A DNA stretch of 64,000 bases from Promethearchaeota archaeon (GCA_016839555.1 JAEOUA010000007.1:64001-128000); one strand, 5' to 3'. Positions 1-10,905 are shown, numbered from the stretch's first letter. Program-made: numbers and translations. Notes: generated by a model not told the origin, from the letters alone.

Positions 1-929
1 GACGACTCTATATATGAAAGCCCTATTTCTTCTGCCAATGCTTTTCCTTCAGCACTGGAGACTACTCTTTCGTCTTTTAAATCTATTTTATTTCCAACTA
101 AAATTAAAAAAATATCAGGAGGTGCTGATTCTGTAATTTCTTGATACCAATTTTTAATATTATCAAACGAATTTCGATCGGTTACATCAAAAACTAAAAT
201 TCCCGCACCAGAATTAGCAAGATAAGATGGTCTGATCCTCTTGAATTGAGGTTGTCCTGCGAGATCCCATATCATAAATCGAACTGTTGAATCTAAACCC
301 TCAAATTTACATTCTTTTTTAGAAATTGAAGTACCTATCGTAGCTTTATAATCTTTCTGAAAAGTACCTTCTGTAAATCGTTTTACAATACTGGTCTTTC
401 CGACTGCGCCATCTCCTCCAAGAATGAGTTTATATACGTTTTCCTTTGAATGGAACCTGATTTTTTGAAGAGTTAACACTTTTCGTTCAATTTTTTGTAA
501 GTTTTTATCAACGATAATTTTTGGAATTACAGGGCTTACATCCTCCCCCTCAAAAATTCGTGCAATTTTTTCGGCAGCAAGATAGGAATAAGCAAAATAT
601 GGATCAATCATCGCCAAGGCATCTAATACACTTACTAGAATTAATTCTTGACCCGCTTCGCAAAAAATGAATCGGTATTTATCGGTATCGAACGTACCTG
701 CTCCGAAAGTGCCTAAATCAAAATCTTTGGTAATTTTTTTTAAAATTGTTTCTACTAATGCTCCGAAAGCTCCAATAAACTTCTCTTCCACTCGCTTTTC
801 AGAACTTTTTGATATAGCATCGATTAATAAGCCGTCTCTATCAACAATTAATGCGGCGATTAAATCATTCCCTACTTCTTGCTTATACCATTCAAGAAGG
901 GCTCTTAATCTCTGGCGATCAAAATACAA
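1..929 (-). CDS. Roadblock/LC7 domain fused to a Rab-like small GTPase (3' end runs off the window)
   Basis: Not in the ORF track; translated by hand from TTG at 929: MYFDRQRLRALLEWYKQEVGNDLIAALIVDRDGLLID... (roadblock-like), then YKLILGGDGAVGKTS (G1), TIG (G2), WDLAGQ (G3), GNKID (G4), ESS at the window edge (G5). Confidence 0.85.
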   Translation of the reverse strand, partial: MYFDRQRLRALLEWYKQEVGNDLIAALIVDRDGLLIDAISKSSEKRVEEKFIGAFGALVETILKKITKDFDLGTFGAGTFDTDKYRFIFCEAGQELILVSVLDALAMIDPYFAYSYLAAEKIARIFEGEDVSPVIPKIIVDKNLQKIERKVLTLQKIRFHSKENVYKLILGGDGAVGKTSIVKRFTEGTFQKDYKATIGTSISKKECKFEGLDSTVRFMIWDLAGQPQFKRIRPSYLANSGAGILVFDVTDRNSFDNIKNWYQEITESAPPDIFLILVGNKIDLKDERVVSSAEGKALAEEIGLSYIES

Positions 930-1075
930 AGCTAAAAACTTCTTTATAATTATTTATATTAATTTTGGATATATATATGAATAAATAAAGTGAATTTTTT
1001 TAAAATTTTTTTAATATAATACAATAATTCAAAAATTAACAATTCTAAATTAACTTAGTTATAAATGAATTATGA

Positions 1076-1507
1076 ATGTTCATAAATAATTATACCATGT
1101 TAGATATAATTTTAATCCAACATATGATATCCGGATTAAATATTCTAGAATATCGTTTGAAGCATACAAAATTAGATGAAAAGCATTCAGACATTTTTAG
1201 TGGGTTCCTATCTGCCATACAAAATATTACAAAAGAATTAAATATCGGTTCAGTTATATTAATCTCTACGCAAGGAGAAAAGGGTCATAATTGTATAATA
1301 ATCAATAGGGATCCAATAAGAGTGATTTTGTTGGTTGATGAGACAGATCCAATTAGTGTTTGGCGAGAAACTGGTGAACTCATAGTAGAAAAATTTTTGA
1401 AAATGTACGCTCATACTAAAGATTATAATGAAATTACACAATTTGAAAGTTTTAAACCAATTTTACAAAATATTTGTAAAAATACCACTTATTGTGGAGA
1501 AACATAA
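1076..1507 (+). CDS. Longin/roadblock-like small protein (start may be ATG 1097)
   Basis: ~140 aa; N-terminal beta strands followed by the IFSGFLSAIQNITKEL helix typical of Asgard longin-like proteins; divergent from the roadblock-GTPase. Confidence 0.6.
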   Translation: MFINNYTMLDIILIQHMISGLNILEYRLKHTKLDEKHSDIFSGFLSAIQNITKELNIGSVILISTQGEKGHNCIIINRDPIRVILLVDETDPISVWRETGELIVEKFLKMYAHTKDYNEITQFESFKPILQNICKNTTYCGET

Positions 1508-1521
1508 AGATATTAGGTATT

Positions 1522-2976
1522 TTATTCAGTTTTTTTTTTCTTTTTCATAATTTCAAAATTTCTAGAAATTTTAGGTAAAAGAGGAATAACTTCCAATGGG
1601 TCTCCAAATACGGGTATTTTTTTTTCATTTAATTTTCTTACTATTCTAATCCTATCCTCGGGACAATTAACCCGCTGAATGATTGGGATTAAAGGTTTAT
1701 GATATTTATGCCCCAAACCAAATGCTTTTATGATTATAGGTTCAAAATATCTATCCTTCCTAAAAAGATAATCCGTATTAAAAAACCATGCGGGCAAATC
1801 TATAATTAATCCATCAATTTCTTTATCATATAGTGCTATATCAATTATATTATAAATTGATTCAGTATTATATATCTGTGCTGCTACATCTAAAGGATTA
1901 TTTGAGCTGGTACCTGAAGTAAAAATCTCCTTTTCAAGTTTAATCTGTGTTGCTTTACTAAATGGGGGCACATGTAATCCAAATTTTTCAATTAAATCTA
2001 CTAAAATAACTCCATATCCTCCACTGCAACTAAGAACTGCAATATTCTTAATGTTAAAAGTTCCATAGCATTTAATTAATCGTGCCACGTTTAATAATTG
2101 TTCTATAGATTCAACTTCAATAACGCCATATTGCTTGAAAAGGGTCTCCCATATCTTTTTTTCTCCCGTCATTGTCCCCGTATGCGTTTTAGCTGCCACA
2201 GAACCTATTCCCGATTTGCCCCCTTTTACGACGACAATTGGTTTATCATTGAGTTCTAACGCTTTCTGTAAGGCTTTTCCTCGTCCTTTAGAGATGCCCT
2301 CAATATATCCTAAAATTATATCTGTTTCAGGATCCTTGCTTAAAAAATAAATTAAATCGACAAAATCAATATCTACACCATTTCCAAATGAAAAAACCTT
2401 AGAAAAATTAAATCCCAATTCTTGAGAGGAATAAATAGCAATATTACAAATTCCACCTGATTGTGCAATAAACCCAACGTTTCCAGGAAAATTTGGAAAT
2501 TTGGGTCGCCAAGCGATTCCTAATTTTGGATAAAATAATCCCATTCCATTGGGTCCCAAAATTCTAAGCTTATTTTTAGCATGTTCAATTAATTTCTTTT
2601 CTAATTCTATTCCTTCCTTTGTACCTGCATCGGAAAATTCTGCTGTGAAGATACTTGCCAATCTTACACCCTTCTCTACACAATCATCAATCACTTCAAT
2701 TATCTTAGTTGGGGGAACTGCTATAAACACAAAATCGACATTTCCAGGCACATTTTTAACTGAGGAGTAGATTTTGCCTTCCGTTCCATCATCAAATCTG
2801 GGTATTTTTTGTATTTTTGGATTTATAGCATATAAATCACCTTGAAAGTGTTCCTGATGATTTCTTAGAAAAAAGAAATCCCGATTTTCTGATGTACCAA
2901 TTACCGCCATCGATTTAATGTTATTTATGAAAGAAAGGTCTTTAAATGTATTACTTCGATTTTTCTCAGTCATCAA
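1522..2976 (-). CDS. ADP-forming acyl-CoA synthetase alpha subunit (CoA-binding protein)
   Basis: AVIGTS CoA-binding fold, ILGPNGMG, FIAQSGG, phospho-His motif AAKTHTG, NNPLD. Confidence 0.88.
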   Translation of the reverse strand: MMTEKNRSNTFKDLSFINNIKSMAVIGTSENRDFFFLRNHQEHFQGDLYAINPKIQKIPRFDDGTEGKIYSSVKNVPGNVDFVFIAVPPTKIIEVIDDCVEKGVRLASIFTAEFSDAGTKEGIELEKKLIEHAKNKLRILGPNGMGLFYPKLGIAWRPKFPNFPGNVGFIAQSGGICNIAIYSSQELGFNFSKVFSFGNGVDIDFVDLIYFLSKDPETDIILGYIEGISKGRGKALQKALELNDKPIVVVKGGKSGIGSVAAKTHTGTMTGEKKIWETLFKQYGVIEVESIEQLLNVARLIKCYGTFNIKNIAVLSCSGGYGVILVDLIEKFGLHVPPFSKATQIKLEKEIFTSGTSSNNPLDVAAQIYNTESIYNIIDIALYDKEIDGLIIDLPAWFFNTDYLFRKDRYFEPIIIKAFGLGHKYHKPLIPIIQRVNCPEDRIRIVRKLNEKKIPVFGDPLEVIPLLPKISRNFEIMKKKKKTE

Positions 2977-3020
2977 AAACGAAAATTTAATTTTAAACTT
3001 AAATTTTACTTTTAAATGAT

Positions 3021-3935
3021 ATGAATTCTATAATAAAACAGAAACTAAAAGATTTAAAAGAAGATAATTCCTCTGGAGCCCGTGAATTAATAGATAAATC
3101 AATTAAAATTATAAAAGTCTTTTTAGATACTATCTCTAATGAAAAAAAAGAGATATATAAGGAATTTATAGAGTTAGCAATAGAAATTATCCATTCTCGT
3201 CCCAGTATGGCACCGTTAATTAATTCAATGGGATTTCTAATAGGAGATATGAAAATTATTAATAAAAAAAATCTCTTAGAACGCATAAAACAGTTTTTTA
3301 ATTATCGAGAAAATCAAATGAAATCTTTAAAGAATCATTTTAAGACACTTTTTAATAATTTATATAAGCCCTCTTTAAATATCATGTTAATATCTCATAG
3401 TTCTACCATTAATACTTTATTTTCATCTTATAAAGACAGTGATTTGGTTTTTTATGTGTTAGAATCCCGTCCTCTTCTAGAAGGGCGAAAAACAGCAGAA
3501 TTGTTTTCTCAAGATTTTGAAACTCATTTAATAGTTGACGCCGCGATTGGTAAATTTATGAAAAAGATCAATGTGGTATTTGTGGGCATCGATAGTATAT
3601 TAAAAAATGGGTCTATTGTAAATAAAATTGGGACGTATCCATTAGCTGTGCTCTCGAAAATTAATGATAAAGAATTTTACGCTATTGGTGATTCTTTTAA
3701 ATATAATTTAAGAAGCCATTTCGTTCAAAAAATTGTTATTGAAAAAAAGCCCGTTAAAGAGGTCTATGATAATCAAATTAGCGAAAATCTTAGTGTTAAT
3801 AATTATTATTTTGATATTACCCCCTCTGATTATATTAGTAAAATTATTTCGGATTTAGGTATATTAAAACCTCTTCAATTTATTAATAAAATCACAACCT
3901 ATCTTCCAATAGACTGGTTTAAAGCCTTTTTTTAA
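3021..3935 (+). CDS. eIF-2B alpha/beta/delta family protein
   Basis: DNSSGA, RPSMAPL, SHSST, LESRPLLEG, VGIDSI...NKIGT, YFDITP motifs. Confidence 0.85.
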   Translation: MNSIIKQKLKDLKEDNSSGARELIDKSIKIIKVFLDTISNEKKEIYKEFIELAIEIIHSRPSMAPLINSMGFLIGDMKIINKKNLLERIKQFFNYRENQMKSLKNHFKTLFNNLYKPSLNIMLISHSSTINTLFSSYKDSDLVFYVLESRPLLEGRKTAELFSQDFETHLIVDAAIGKFMKKINVVFVGIDSILKNGSIVNKIGTYPLAVLSKINDKEFYAIGDSFKYNLRSHFVQKIVIEKKPVKEVYDNQISENLSVNNYYFDITPSDYISKIISDLGILKPLQFINKITTYLPIDWFKAFF

Positions 3936-4069
3936 AAAATAAAATGCTTTATGGTCGTTAAAGAGTTATTTGATCTCAGAATTTTTAGCTCTTTTTAAAA
4001 TATTAAAGAAATCTATTTTTACTATTTAGATTTATTCAATACAACTCAATTATAATTCTGGTTTTCTAA

Positions 4070-4591
4070 ATGAGTCAACAAGATAAAAAAATTGAGAAAA
4101 GATCGGAAAGAATGATTAAACTATTTAAATCATTTAAGGGTAGACCTATTTCAGAACATCCAGGCCCAATTCCTCCCTTCTCAAGATGGTTAAATGGAAA
4201 AATAATAAGCGTTAAAAGGGGAGATATTGTGGTAGAATATGAACTCCGTCCCGAAATGGCTAATCCAACCGGATTACTTCACGGAGGAATGCAAGCAGCT
4301 TTAATTGATGATACTATAGGGATGTGTACCGTTACGCTTGGTTATCAGGGTTTTTTAATCACGATTGATAATCAGATTAATTATTTGGATAAAGTTAAGG
4401 TGGATGAGTCTGTAAGAGTAAAAGCAAGTATGGTCAGAGAAGGAAGAAATATTGTGCATTATTATACTCAAATTTCTGATTTAAACGGAAAATTAATCGC
4501 TACGGGCAATACTAATCTTTTAAAAACAAAGTTTACCCCAGAATATGTAAAAGCTGTTGATAATGCTAAAGAGTTTAATATCCCGGAATAA
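4070..4591 (+). CDS. PaaI family hotdog-fold thioesterase
   Basis: NPTGLLHGGMQAALIDDTIG motif. Confidence 0.9.
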   Translation: MSQQDKKIEKRSERMIKLFKSFKGRPISEHPGPIPPFSRWLNGKIISVKRGDIVVEYELRPEMANPTGLLHGGMQAALIDDTIGMCTVTLGYQGFLITIDNQINYLDKVKVDESVRVKASMVREGRNIVHYYTQISDLNGKLIATGNTNLLKTKFTPEYVKAVDNAKEFNIPE

Positions 4592-4745
4592 ATGAGAAGA
4601 AATCTCTCTTTTGCTTAGTCTTTTTGCTTTTTATTTTTCTTCTTTCATTTAATATTTTTCAATTATTAACAATCTTTTATTATTACAATGGAATATATAA
4701 TATAAATAGAAGATTGAAAATATCAATTTTGATGAGCTCATTAGA

Positions 4746-5831
4746 ATGAAGACTGAGCATATACTTTATTTTAAAAATTCCAATGAAATGAAGGAAATAA
4801 ATTCAAATACTATCGATTTAATCGTTACATCTCCACCTTATCCTATGATAGAGATGTGGGATGAGATCTTTATTTCAGCAAATCATAAAATTAAAGAATA
4901 TATTAAAAATGGAAAAGGATTTAAAGCATTCCAATTAATGCATGAGGAATTAAATAATACGTGGAGAGAATGTTTTCGGGTATTAAATGAGGGAGGCCTT
5001 ATATGCATTAATATTGGTGATGCTACAAGAAAAGTGGGAAATAGCTTTCAATTATATCCAAACCATGTTAAAATTACTAGCTTTTTTCAAAATTACGATT
5101 GTTTAATATTACCAATAATTTTATGGAGAAAACCAACCAACAGTCCAACTAAATTCATGGGTTCAGGGATGCTACCTACAAATGCCTATGTAACTCTCGA
5201 GCATGAATATATTTTGATTTTTAGAAAAGGTAAAAAGAATAGAAGATTTAAGCCAAAATCGGAGAAAAGATATAATAGCGCCTATTTTTGGGAGGAAAGG
5301 AATAAATGGTTTTCTGATGAATGGTCGGATATAATAGGAAAGTCCCAGTCATTAGAAAATTATTCAGATTTAAGAGAACGATCTGCAGCATTCCCACTTG
5401 AAATTCCTTATCGAATGATAAATATGTTTTCCATTTATGGAGATTATGTGTTGGATCCGTTTTGGGGTACTGGAACAACAACTCTTGCAGCAATGATATC
5501 GGCACGAAATTCATACGGATATGAAATTGACCCAGAGTTCTCTAAAGTATTCCAAAATAATGTTAAAAAAATAAAACCGTTAACAGATTCAACTAATAAA
5601 GAGCGCATAGCAACACATCTTAACTTTCTTAAAAGCTATATTAAGAATAAGCAAGTAAAATATACTTCAGTTCATTATAATTTCCCCGTGATAACTGCTC
5701 AAGAAAAAGACATTTTATTTTACTCGATAAAAGATATTAAAAAATTGGACAATATCTATAATTTAGAGCATGAAAAATTTTCATATAAGAAAAAATACGA
5801 TAAAGAAGTTCATTCATCTTTAATTAAATAA
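4746..5831 (+). CDS. Site-specific DNA methyltransferase (beta class, N4-C/N6-A), no adjacent restriction gene
   Basis: IVTSPPY catalytic motif precedes the VLDPFWGTGTT SAM-binding motif. Confidence 0.9.
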   Translation: MKTEHILYFKNSNEMKEINSNTIDLIVTSPPYPMIEMWDEIFISANHKIKEYIKNGKGFKAFQLMHEELNNTWRECFRVLNEGGLICINIGDATRKVGNSFQLYPNHVKITSFFQNYDCLILPIILWRKPTNSPTKFMGSGMLPTNAYVTLEHEYILIFRKGKKNRRFKPKSEKRYNSAYFWEERNKWFSDEWSDIIGKSQSLENYSDLRERSAAFPLEIPYRMINMFSIYGDYVLDPFWGTGTTTLAAMISARNSYGYEIDPEFSKVFQNNVKKIKPLTDSTNKERIATHLNFLKSYIKNKQVKYTSVHYNFPVITAQEKDILFYSIKDIKKLDNIYNLEHEKFSYKKKYDKEVHSSLIK

Positions 5832-5835
5832 AAAC

Positions 5836-6117
5836 TTAACCCCCCGATATAGGATAAGAAATGTATATCTTATCTCCATCCTGTACCTTTGTCTTAACAT
5901 TTTTTCCATTATTTACATTTTTGCCATTCAATAATACTACCATTTGAGGATTTAACTTTCTTTTTTTCTTATCCAAGAGATTATTATCCAATAGATTTTT
6001 GTATTCTTTTACAAATTTTTTGATAACCTCTTCAACCGTCTGACCCTCATAAAGCAAATTTTTTTTGTTTGTTCTAAGGGCAAAAATATTTAATAAGTTT
6101 AATTCAACCTCAGCCAT
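5836..6117 (-). CDS. MoaD/ThiS/SAMP ubiquitin-like sulfur carrier
   Basis: 93 aa, VLLNG, ends YPISGG. Confidence 0.9.
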   Translation of the reverse strand: MAEVELNLLNIFALRTNKKNLLYEGQTVEEVIKKFVKEYKNLLDNNLLDKKKRKLNPQMVVLLNGKNVNNGKNVKTKVQDGDKIYISYPISGG

Positions 6118-6378
6118 CCTATGACTACTAAAATAAATTATAATTTAAGATTTGTTTTTATAATTCATTATCTTGGATAAATAAGAATTTATCTAATTGA
6201 AAAAACTAAATTTCCTCTAACTTCAGAAGGCTCAATGAATTTTAATGATTATTCAGAAAAAATACCTCACATATTTCTAAGAAATGTATTATCTTAAGGT
6301 AAAAAATTAATATTTTATTGAAAATTATAATATTGAAATATATCTATATTAGAAAATGATAATAATTTTTGATACAAT

Positions 6379-7383
6379 ATGTATGATCGCGAACAAATGG
6401 AAGAAATTTTAAAAGAAAACTGTGTTAATCTGCGCTTTCATGCTCGTGGAGGACAAGGAGGAGTCACAGCATCAAACTTATGCGTTGAAGCGTTTTATGG
6501 ATCTGGAATATGTCAACCTAGATTCGGTGCAGAACGAATGGGAAGTCCAACTGAAAGTTATGTACGATTAAGTCTTAATCAAGATTTGATAAGATCAAAT
6601 GAACAAGTATATGCCCCTCATTTTGTTTCTGTGTTAGATCCTTCATTACTCACAGAGGTGGATGTAACTGCGGGAGTTCATGAGGGAGGATGGTTAATAG
6701 TAAATACCACATTAAATCAACAGGATATTCAAGATCTTGTAGGTAGGAAAGATATTAATATCGCTACTATAGATGCTATTCGTATCGCCTTAGATGTTTT
6801 GGGGCGAAATATAACTAATACTATTATACTTGGCGCATTAATTAGAGTTTCTCAATTATTTAGTCTTGAAGAATTATCGGATGCCGTTATGAGAAGATTT
6901 AAAGATAGTATCGCAGCAAAAAATATTGAAGCGATTGAACAAGCAATTGAAGAGACTTGTGTGTATGATATTGGAATTGATATTGATTTTTCCCAAGATA
7001 CCAAAGTCGAATGGCAACAGGTAGAACTTGGCTTACCGGGTTATAAGGAAGTAGATAAAGCCGGAGTATGGTATTGCGATGAAGATGCCATTGAAGTGGG
7101 AAGTGATCAAGTTCATACGGGATCTTGGGGTGAATGGGACATAATATGGGATAAGGACACCTGTACTGATTGTGCTCAATGTTGGTTTATCTGCCCTGAT
7201 TTTGCAATTCTCAGAGAAAAAGGAGAGGATGGAAAATATCACATGGCAGGAATTGATAAAGATCATTGTAAATCGTGTCAGAATTGCTTAGAAATATGTC
7301 CTGTAAATGCAATTACAAAACAATTAAAACAAGGTCCAGCTTCATGTGCTGTACCTGAAGAAGAAGTCAAGGAGGCGAATTGA
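6379..7383 (+). CDS. porG: 2-oxoacid (pyruvate-type):ferredoxin oxidoreductase gamma subunit fused to delta (2x[4Fe-4S]) subunit
   Basis: RFHARGGQGGVT, FGAERMGSP, NTIILGA; C-terminal TGSW...CTDCAQCWFICP and CKSCQNCLEICP. Confidence 0.9.
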   Translation: MYDREQMEEILKENCVNLRFHARGGQGGVTASNLCVEAFYGSGICQPRFGAERMGSPTESYVRLSLNQDLIRSNEQVYAPHFVSVLDPSLLTEVDVTAGVHEGGWLIVNTTLNQQDIQDLVGRKDINIATIDAIRIALDVLGRNITNTIILGALIRVSQLFSLEELSDAVMRRFKDSIAAKNIEAIEQAIEETCVYDIGIDIDFSQDTKVEWQQVELGLPGYKEVDKAGVWYCDEDAIEVGSDQVHTGSWGEWDIIWDKDTCTDCAQCWFICPDFAILREKGEDGKYHMAGIDKDHCKSCQNCLEICPVNAITKQLKQGPASCAVPEEEVKEAN

Positions 7384-7404
7384 ATGAGTATAGAACCTAT
7401 GAAA
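7384..7404 (+). pseudogene. Orphaned original 5' end of porA (MSIEPMK)
   Basis: ATG immediately follows the porG/D stop; encodes MSIEPMK, matching (I)SIQPMK at 14059-14079; the frame then runs into unrelated sequence and stops at 7485. Confidence 0.7.
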
Positions 7405-7791
7405 TCCAATTACACTAAGAAAAGTCAAAACCACTTCTCTTTTTCTAATCTCCTCATGAACAGTTCTTTTTTTCATCGAAACTAAAAATCATAAAACCGA
7501 AAAGAGAGTCACTATATTATAAAAATAAAGAAGCTTTTTTTAAAACAGTTTAACCAATTCTTTAAAAACAAAGAAACAATAAATATATAAATTATTCATT
7601 ATAAAGATACTTGCAGTACTCTTTTACCAAACTTTCTATTTGTTCTTTAGATACTCTTTAATAGTATTATTGCAAACAAAAAATTTAATCCTTTGCTTAG
7701 TACCAGATGTAATTTTATATGGTAAAGTTTTAAGAACATCATTAATGCACTTAATTTTTTCGTTTTTATTCATATTTTCTAACTACCGCTA

Positions 7792-7846
7792 TGTTCACAT
7801 AAATATCAACATTGTTCACATAAATATAAACTCACAAACCATCACA
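7792..7846 (+). repeat. Left 55-bp imperfect inverted repeat (two TGTTCACATAAATAT units, 21-bp period)
   Basis: 44/55 ungapped identity to the reverse complement of 10851-10905; first 13 bp identical. Confidence 0.85.
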
Positions 7847-8143
7847 TCTAACACAAAATTCTAAAAAAGCAATTCTAATTGTGATAATGGTGTGTTGGTG
7901 AAAGGAGACTTATTATCTTCTCTTGATGAATGGAACATAAATATAAGATATCTATTTTCTTAGCTTCTTTTTCATAGAAAAAAGAATCTTGATGATAAAT
8001 TAATGATATGTCTCCTTAAACATAAAAGTGCAAATAAAGCAGAAGGAGGGGTAAATCATCCGTTGGCTTCACATGTCTATTTTTTAATGAATGAATAAAC
8101 CGAATTTAATTCTCAATAAACAATAAAAAGGAGATATAAGAAG

Positions 8144-8293
8144 ATGAATAGCAACGAATTATATGAGCTATATTACAAGGAGGAAAATCTCGTAAAAGTA
8201 TTTGATACTGTTTTTAAAAGGCTAAACCTTAATGAAAGGATAATAAGCCAATTAGAGGAAGAGATCCATCAACTAAAGGAGAAATGCGGTTAG
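8144..8293 (+). CDS. Small hypothetical coiled-coil protein (49 aa)
   Basis: MNSNELYELYYKEENLVKVFDTVFKRLNLNERIISQLEEEIHQLKEKCG, with AAGGAG upstream; below the ORF-track cutoff. Confidence 0.5.
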   Translation: MNSNELYELYYKEENLVKVFDTVFKRLNLNERIISQLEEEIHQLKEKCG

Positions 8294-8686
8294 CAAAGAA
8301 TATCCAATATTCTGAAGATAATCGGAGAGAGAATGCTAGGGTGAATATAATGTTCTATTAAATATGGTTATATATATATTTAAAATCAGTGGTTTTTTAG
8401 ATATTAATACGTATCACTCTATTAAGGCTCTTTTCCTCTGATTTGTTTTATTCTTTTGAATAAAAAAATATTATTCTCTAAGAAAGATGCAATTAAAAAA
8501 GGAGATAAATAGATAAGGATTTCCTCCTCAGATTTAATATATCATATCAGATGAAAACATTTAAAGCTCGCAAGGAATATTTACATAAAGGAAGTTTTTT
8601 AATAAAATTTTATAATATAAATCTATTAATACTATAAAAATAAGCGATAAGAAACTTGAAAAGATTTATGATGAGACCGTATTCTT

Positions 8687-9745
8687 CTAATTCTTCGGAT
8701 TTAATATTTTTTTAAATAAGTCGTATCGCTTTAATGATTCCTCCTTAAAAAACAAAATATTCTGAAATGAATAGGACGGATTACCAATAGCGTGCTGTTT
8801 TTTGGCAAATTCGATGAGGAATTCTCTATATTGCTTAGCACAATCAAATATGGAAAGGCCCTCAGTCGGATCGACTATAGCTGCGAGTAACTGTTGATCA
8901 TTAGAGAAAGTCTTCCACCACTTTTTATAATGAAATTTTGAACCAAAGGCTTTCTCGGCATTTTCAAACATATAAGAACCTATGCTGGCCATGTACTTAT
9001 TTAACTTTAAAGTTATGCGATATTTTTCAGCTAAGGATTTTCCATTAAATCTCTTGTTGAAGAAAAAATACTTTTCTTCCCTTATAGTGCTCTTGTCTGT
9101 CCCAGGCAAACATATAAGATAATTGTATGTAATTGGTAAATCCAACTCATTTCCAATTTTAACTATACGTTTAAACGATTTTAAATAATTGTTTATTCCT
9201 GAATATATTTGTCCATCATTCTTACCTAAAATTTTCCCCATTCTATAGAGTAAGGTTTTCGAGCATGATTCAAGCCCAAAACTAGGAGTTATATCAAATT
9301 TTTTATAGTTTTTTAAATCCTCTTCAGAGCAAAAATCAACACGATCGCTGACTGTGATGTAAAATGACAAGCCCCCCTCCTTCTCGACCATTTTTCCCAA
9401 TTTTTTAAAAAATTTTCTCCGAGCGGACTTTTTAGGTAAGAATATCATATCTGAAATATACAATCGTGTGATTGGCAGCCAGTCTGTTTCCTTTATAGCT
9501 TTTAATTCCTTTATACACTTCTCTGACGATTTAACTCTAACTTTCCTATAACAATTCACAAAATTTAAAGAATTAATACAAAATTTGCATCTATAGTTAC
9601 ATCCTCTAGAAAAATCTATCCATAATTTATTATCATTTGTTAGGTTTTTTTCATATTTCTTAAAAAGATCAAAATTTATTATAGGTAATTCGTCAAGGTT
9701 TTGGATGATTATTCCGATTTTATAACAGAGGCAATTGAAATGGAA
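8687..9745 (-). pseudogene. 5'-truncated radical SAM protein (resembles the B12-binding radical SAM family, lacking the N-terminal domain)
   Basis: The frame of the 8687-9559 ORF stays open to 9745 with no ATG and contains NLDELPIINF...IDFSRGCNYRCKFC (CxxxCxxC at 9578-9601); GLES and LPG motifs downstream. Confidence 0.75.
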
Positions 9746-9981
9746 TTAGATGTTGATTTAGATGTTGATTAAGATAGCGTGTTTTGGCGGGTAAAGAGAT
9801 TGGTTTGTATATGTTGAGTTTGCTGGAAAAATAGGGGGCTTTTTCTTTTTTTGCACGAAACAGCTAAAGGCGCAGCAAGGGGTCAGAGCAATGATGGGAT
9901 AGAAAATTGATCTTGATACAAGAAATAGTAAAATATTTACCATTTGCTGGATGATTGAGAGATGAAAAGGTGGGGTAAAAT

Positions 9982-10188
9982 ATGGTTGAAGACTTGATTG
10001 GGTTTAGGCTAGGGCGAATTAAAAGTTATATTGCCAAAATACTGGAACGGTGGAGCGAAACGGACGCTTCTGTATTCTTGAAAAAGGCAAAGGACGGTAC
10101 CTATTCTGAGGTGGAAAGTGACGCCGTTATGCTGAGACAGTTATTGCTCGATGAGAAGAGGCTAGAGAGGCTATGTGACACTCTTTAG
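9982..10188 (+). CDS. Small hypothetical helical protein (68 aa)
   Basis: ORF with GGTGGGG SD-like sequence upstream; no catalytic motif. Confidence 0.6.
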   Translation: MVEDLIGFRLGRIKSYIAKILERWSETDASVFLKKAKDGTYSEVESDAVMLRQLLLDEKRLERLCDTL

Positions 10189-10850
10189 TGTGTCTTTTTG
10201 ATGTTGTTGCGCTTTATAATATCATCTACTTTATAATATCATACAAAACATTCTTTATTTTTAATTTGGAATTTTTAGGAATTTGTATAGTGGGATTAGA
10301 TTGATGATATGAAAGTCAACATAAAAGCAGAAGAGATGATTCAAATGTTCTTTAGTTGATTAGCTATGGGGGTGAAGCTGTGTCTGATGATAATTGTTTT
10401 ATCATAATCGGTGCCCGATATTATTATTGAGATCCTCTGTTTTTAGAGAGAACTTTTTTATTTAAATTTATACATTATGAATTTTCTTGTTATTTTAAGA
10501 CGTGTTTTATAATCAGTATTTCTATTTAAACGATCTCTAACTTTAAATATTTTTTAAATATATTGCAATATGGATCTACCAACTTTAAACAGAATAAACT
10601 CTTATTCCCCTTTCTGTCACGGAGCAAACCCATACTTGGCAAGAATAATTTATATGCTTTCCTAAGAACAAATAATGCTTAAGACTATAAAAAAGAAAAA
10701 AATAGGAAATAAAAGTATTAAGCCCCTAAGTTAGCAATTCTTTCATGTTTTTGATTCAATAAAATATTTAAATTACTTAAAACTTTTGGGGTGAAGTTTT
10801 TGAGGTTTTAAATTCTAATTTGATTGTTCTTTTAGATCATTGATAGTTTT

Positions 10851-10905
10851 TGTATTGATTTATGAGTTCATATAGATATGAACATTGTTAACATTTATGT
10901 GAACA
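10851..10905 (-). repeat. Right 55-bp imperfect inverted repeat
   Basis: Reverse complement TGTTCACATAAATGTTAACAATGTTCATATCTATATGAACTC... matches 7792-7846; followed by the palindrome AAGTTTATA-TGAA-TATAAACTT at 10910-10931. Confidence 0.85.

Larger units (their letters stand above)
7792..10905. mobile_element. Putative non-autonomous transposon-like element with TGT...ACA ends
   Basis: Long inverted ends with internal subrepeats; no transposase and no target-site duplication seen. Confidence 0.5.

Noticed and set aside
667-984. Plus-strand 105-aa ORF and the other short antisense/overlapping ORFs in the track (e.g. 2135-2350, 28603-28815, 49240-49677, 61138-61369)
   Set aside because: Shadows of well-supported genes, with no motifs of their own.
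7640-7864. 74-aa ORF containing VHININ repeats
   Set aside because: The repeat is just the translation of the DNA subrepeats of the left inverted end.
10212-10242. 14-bp direct repeat CTTTATAATATCAT x2
   Set aside because: Only two AT-rich copies with a 3-nt spacer; probably replication slippage, not an array.
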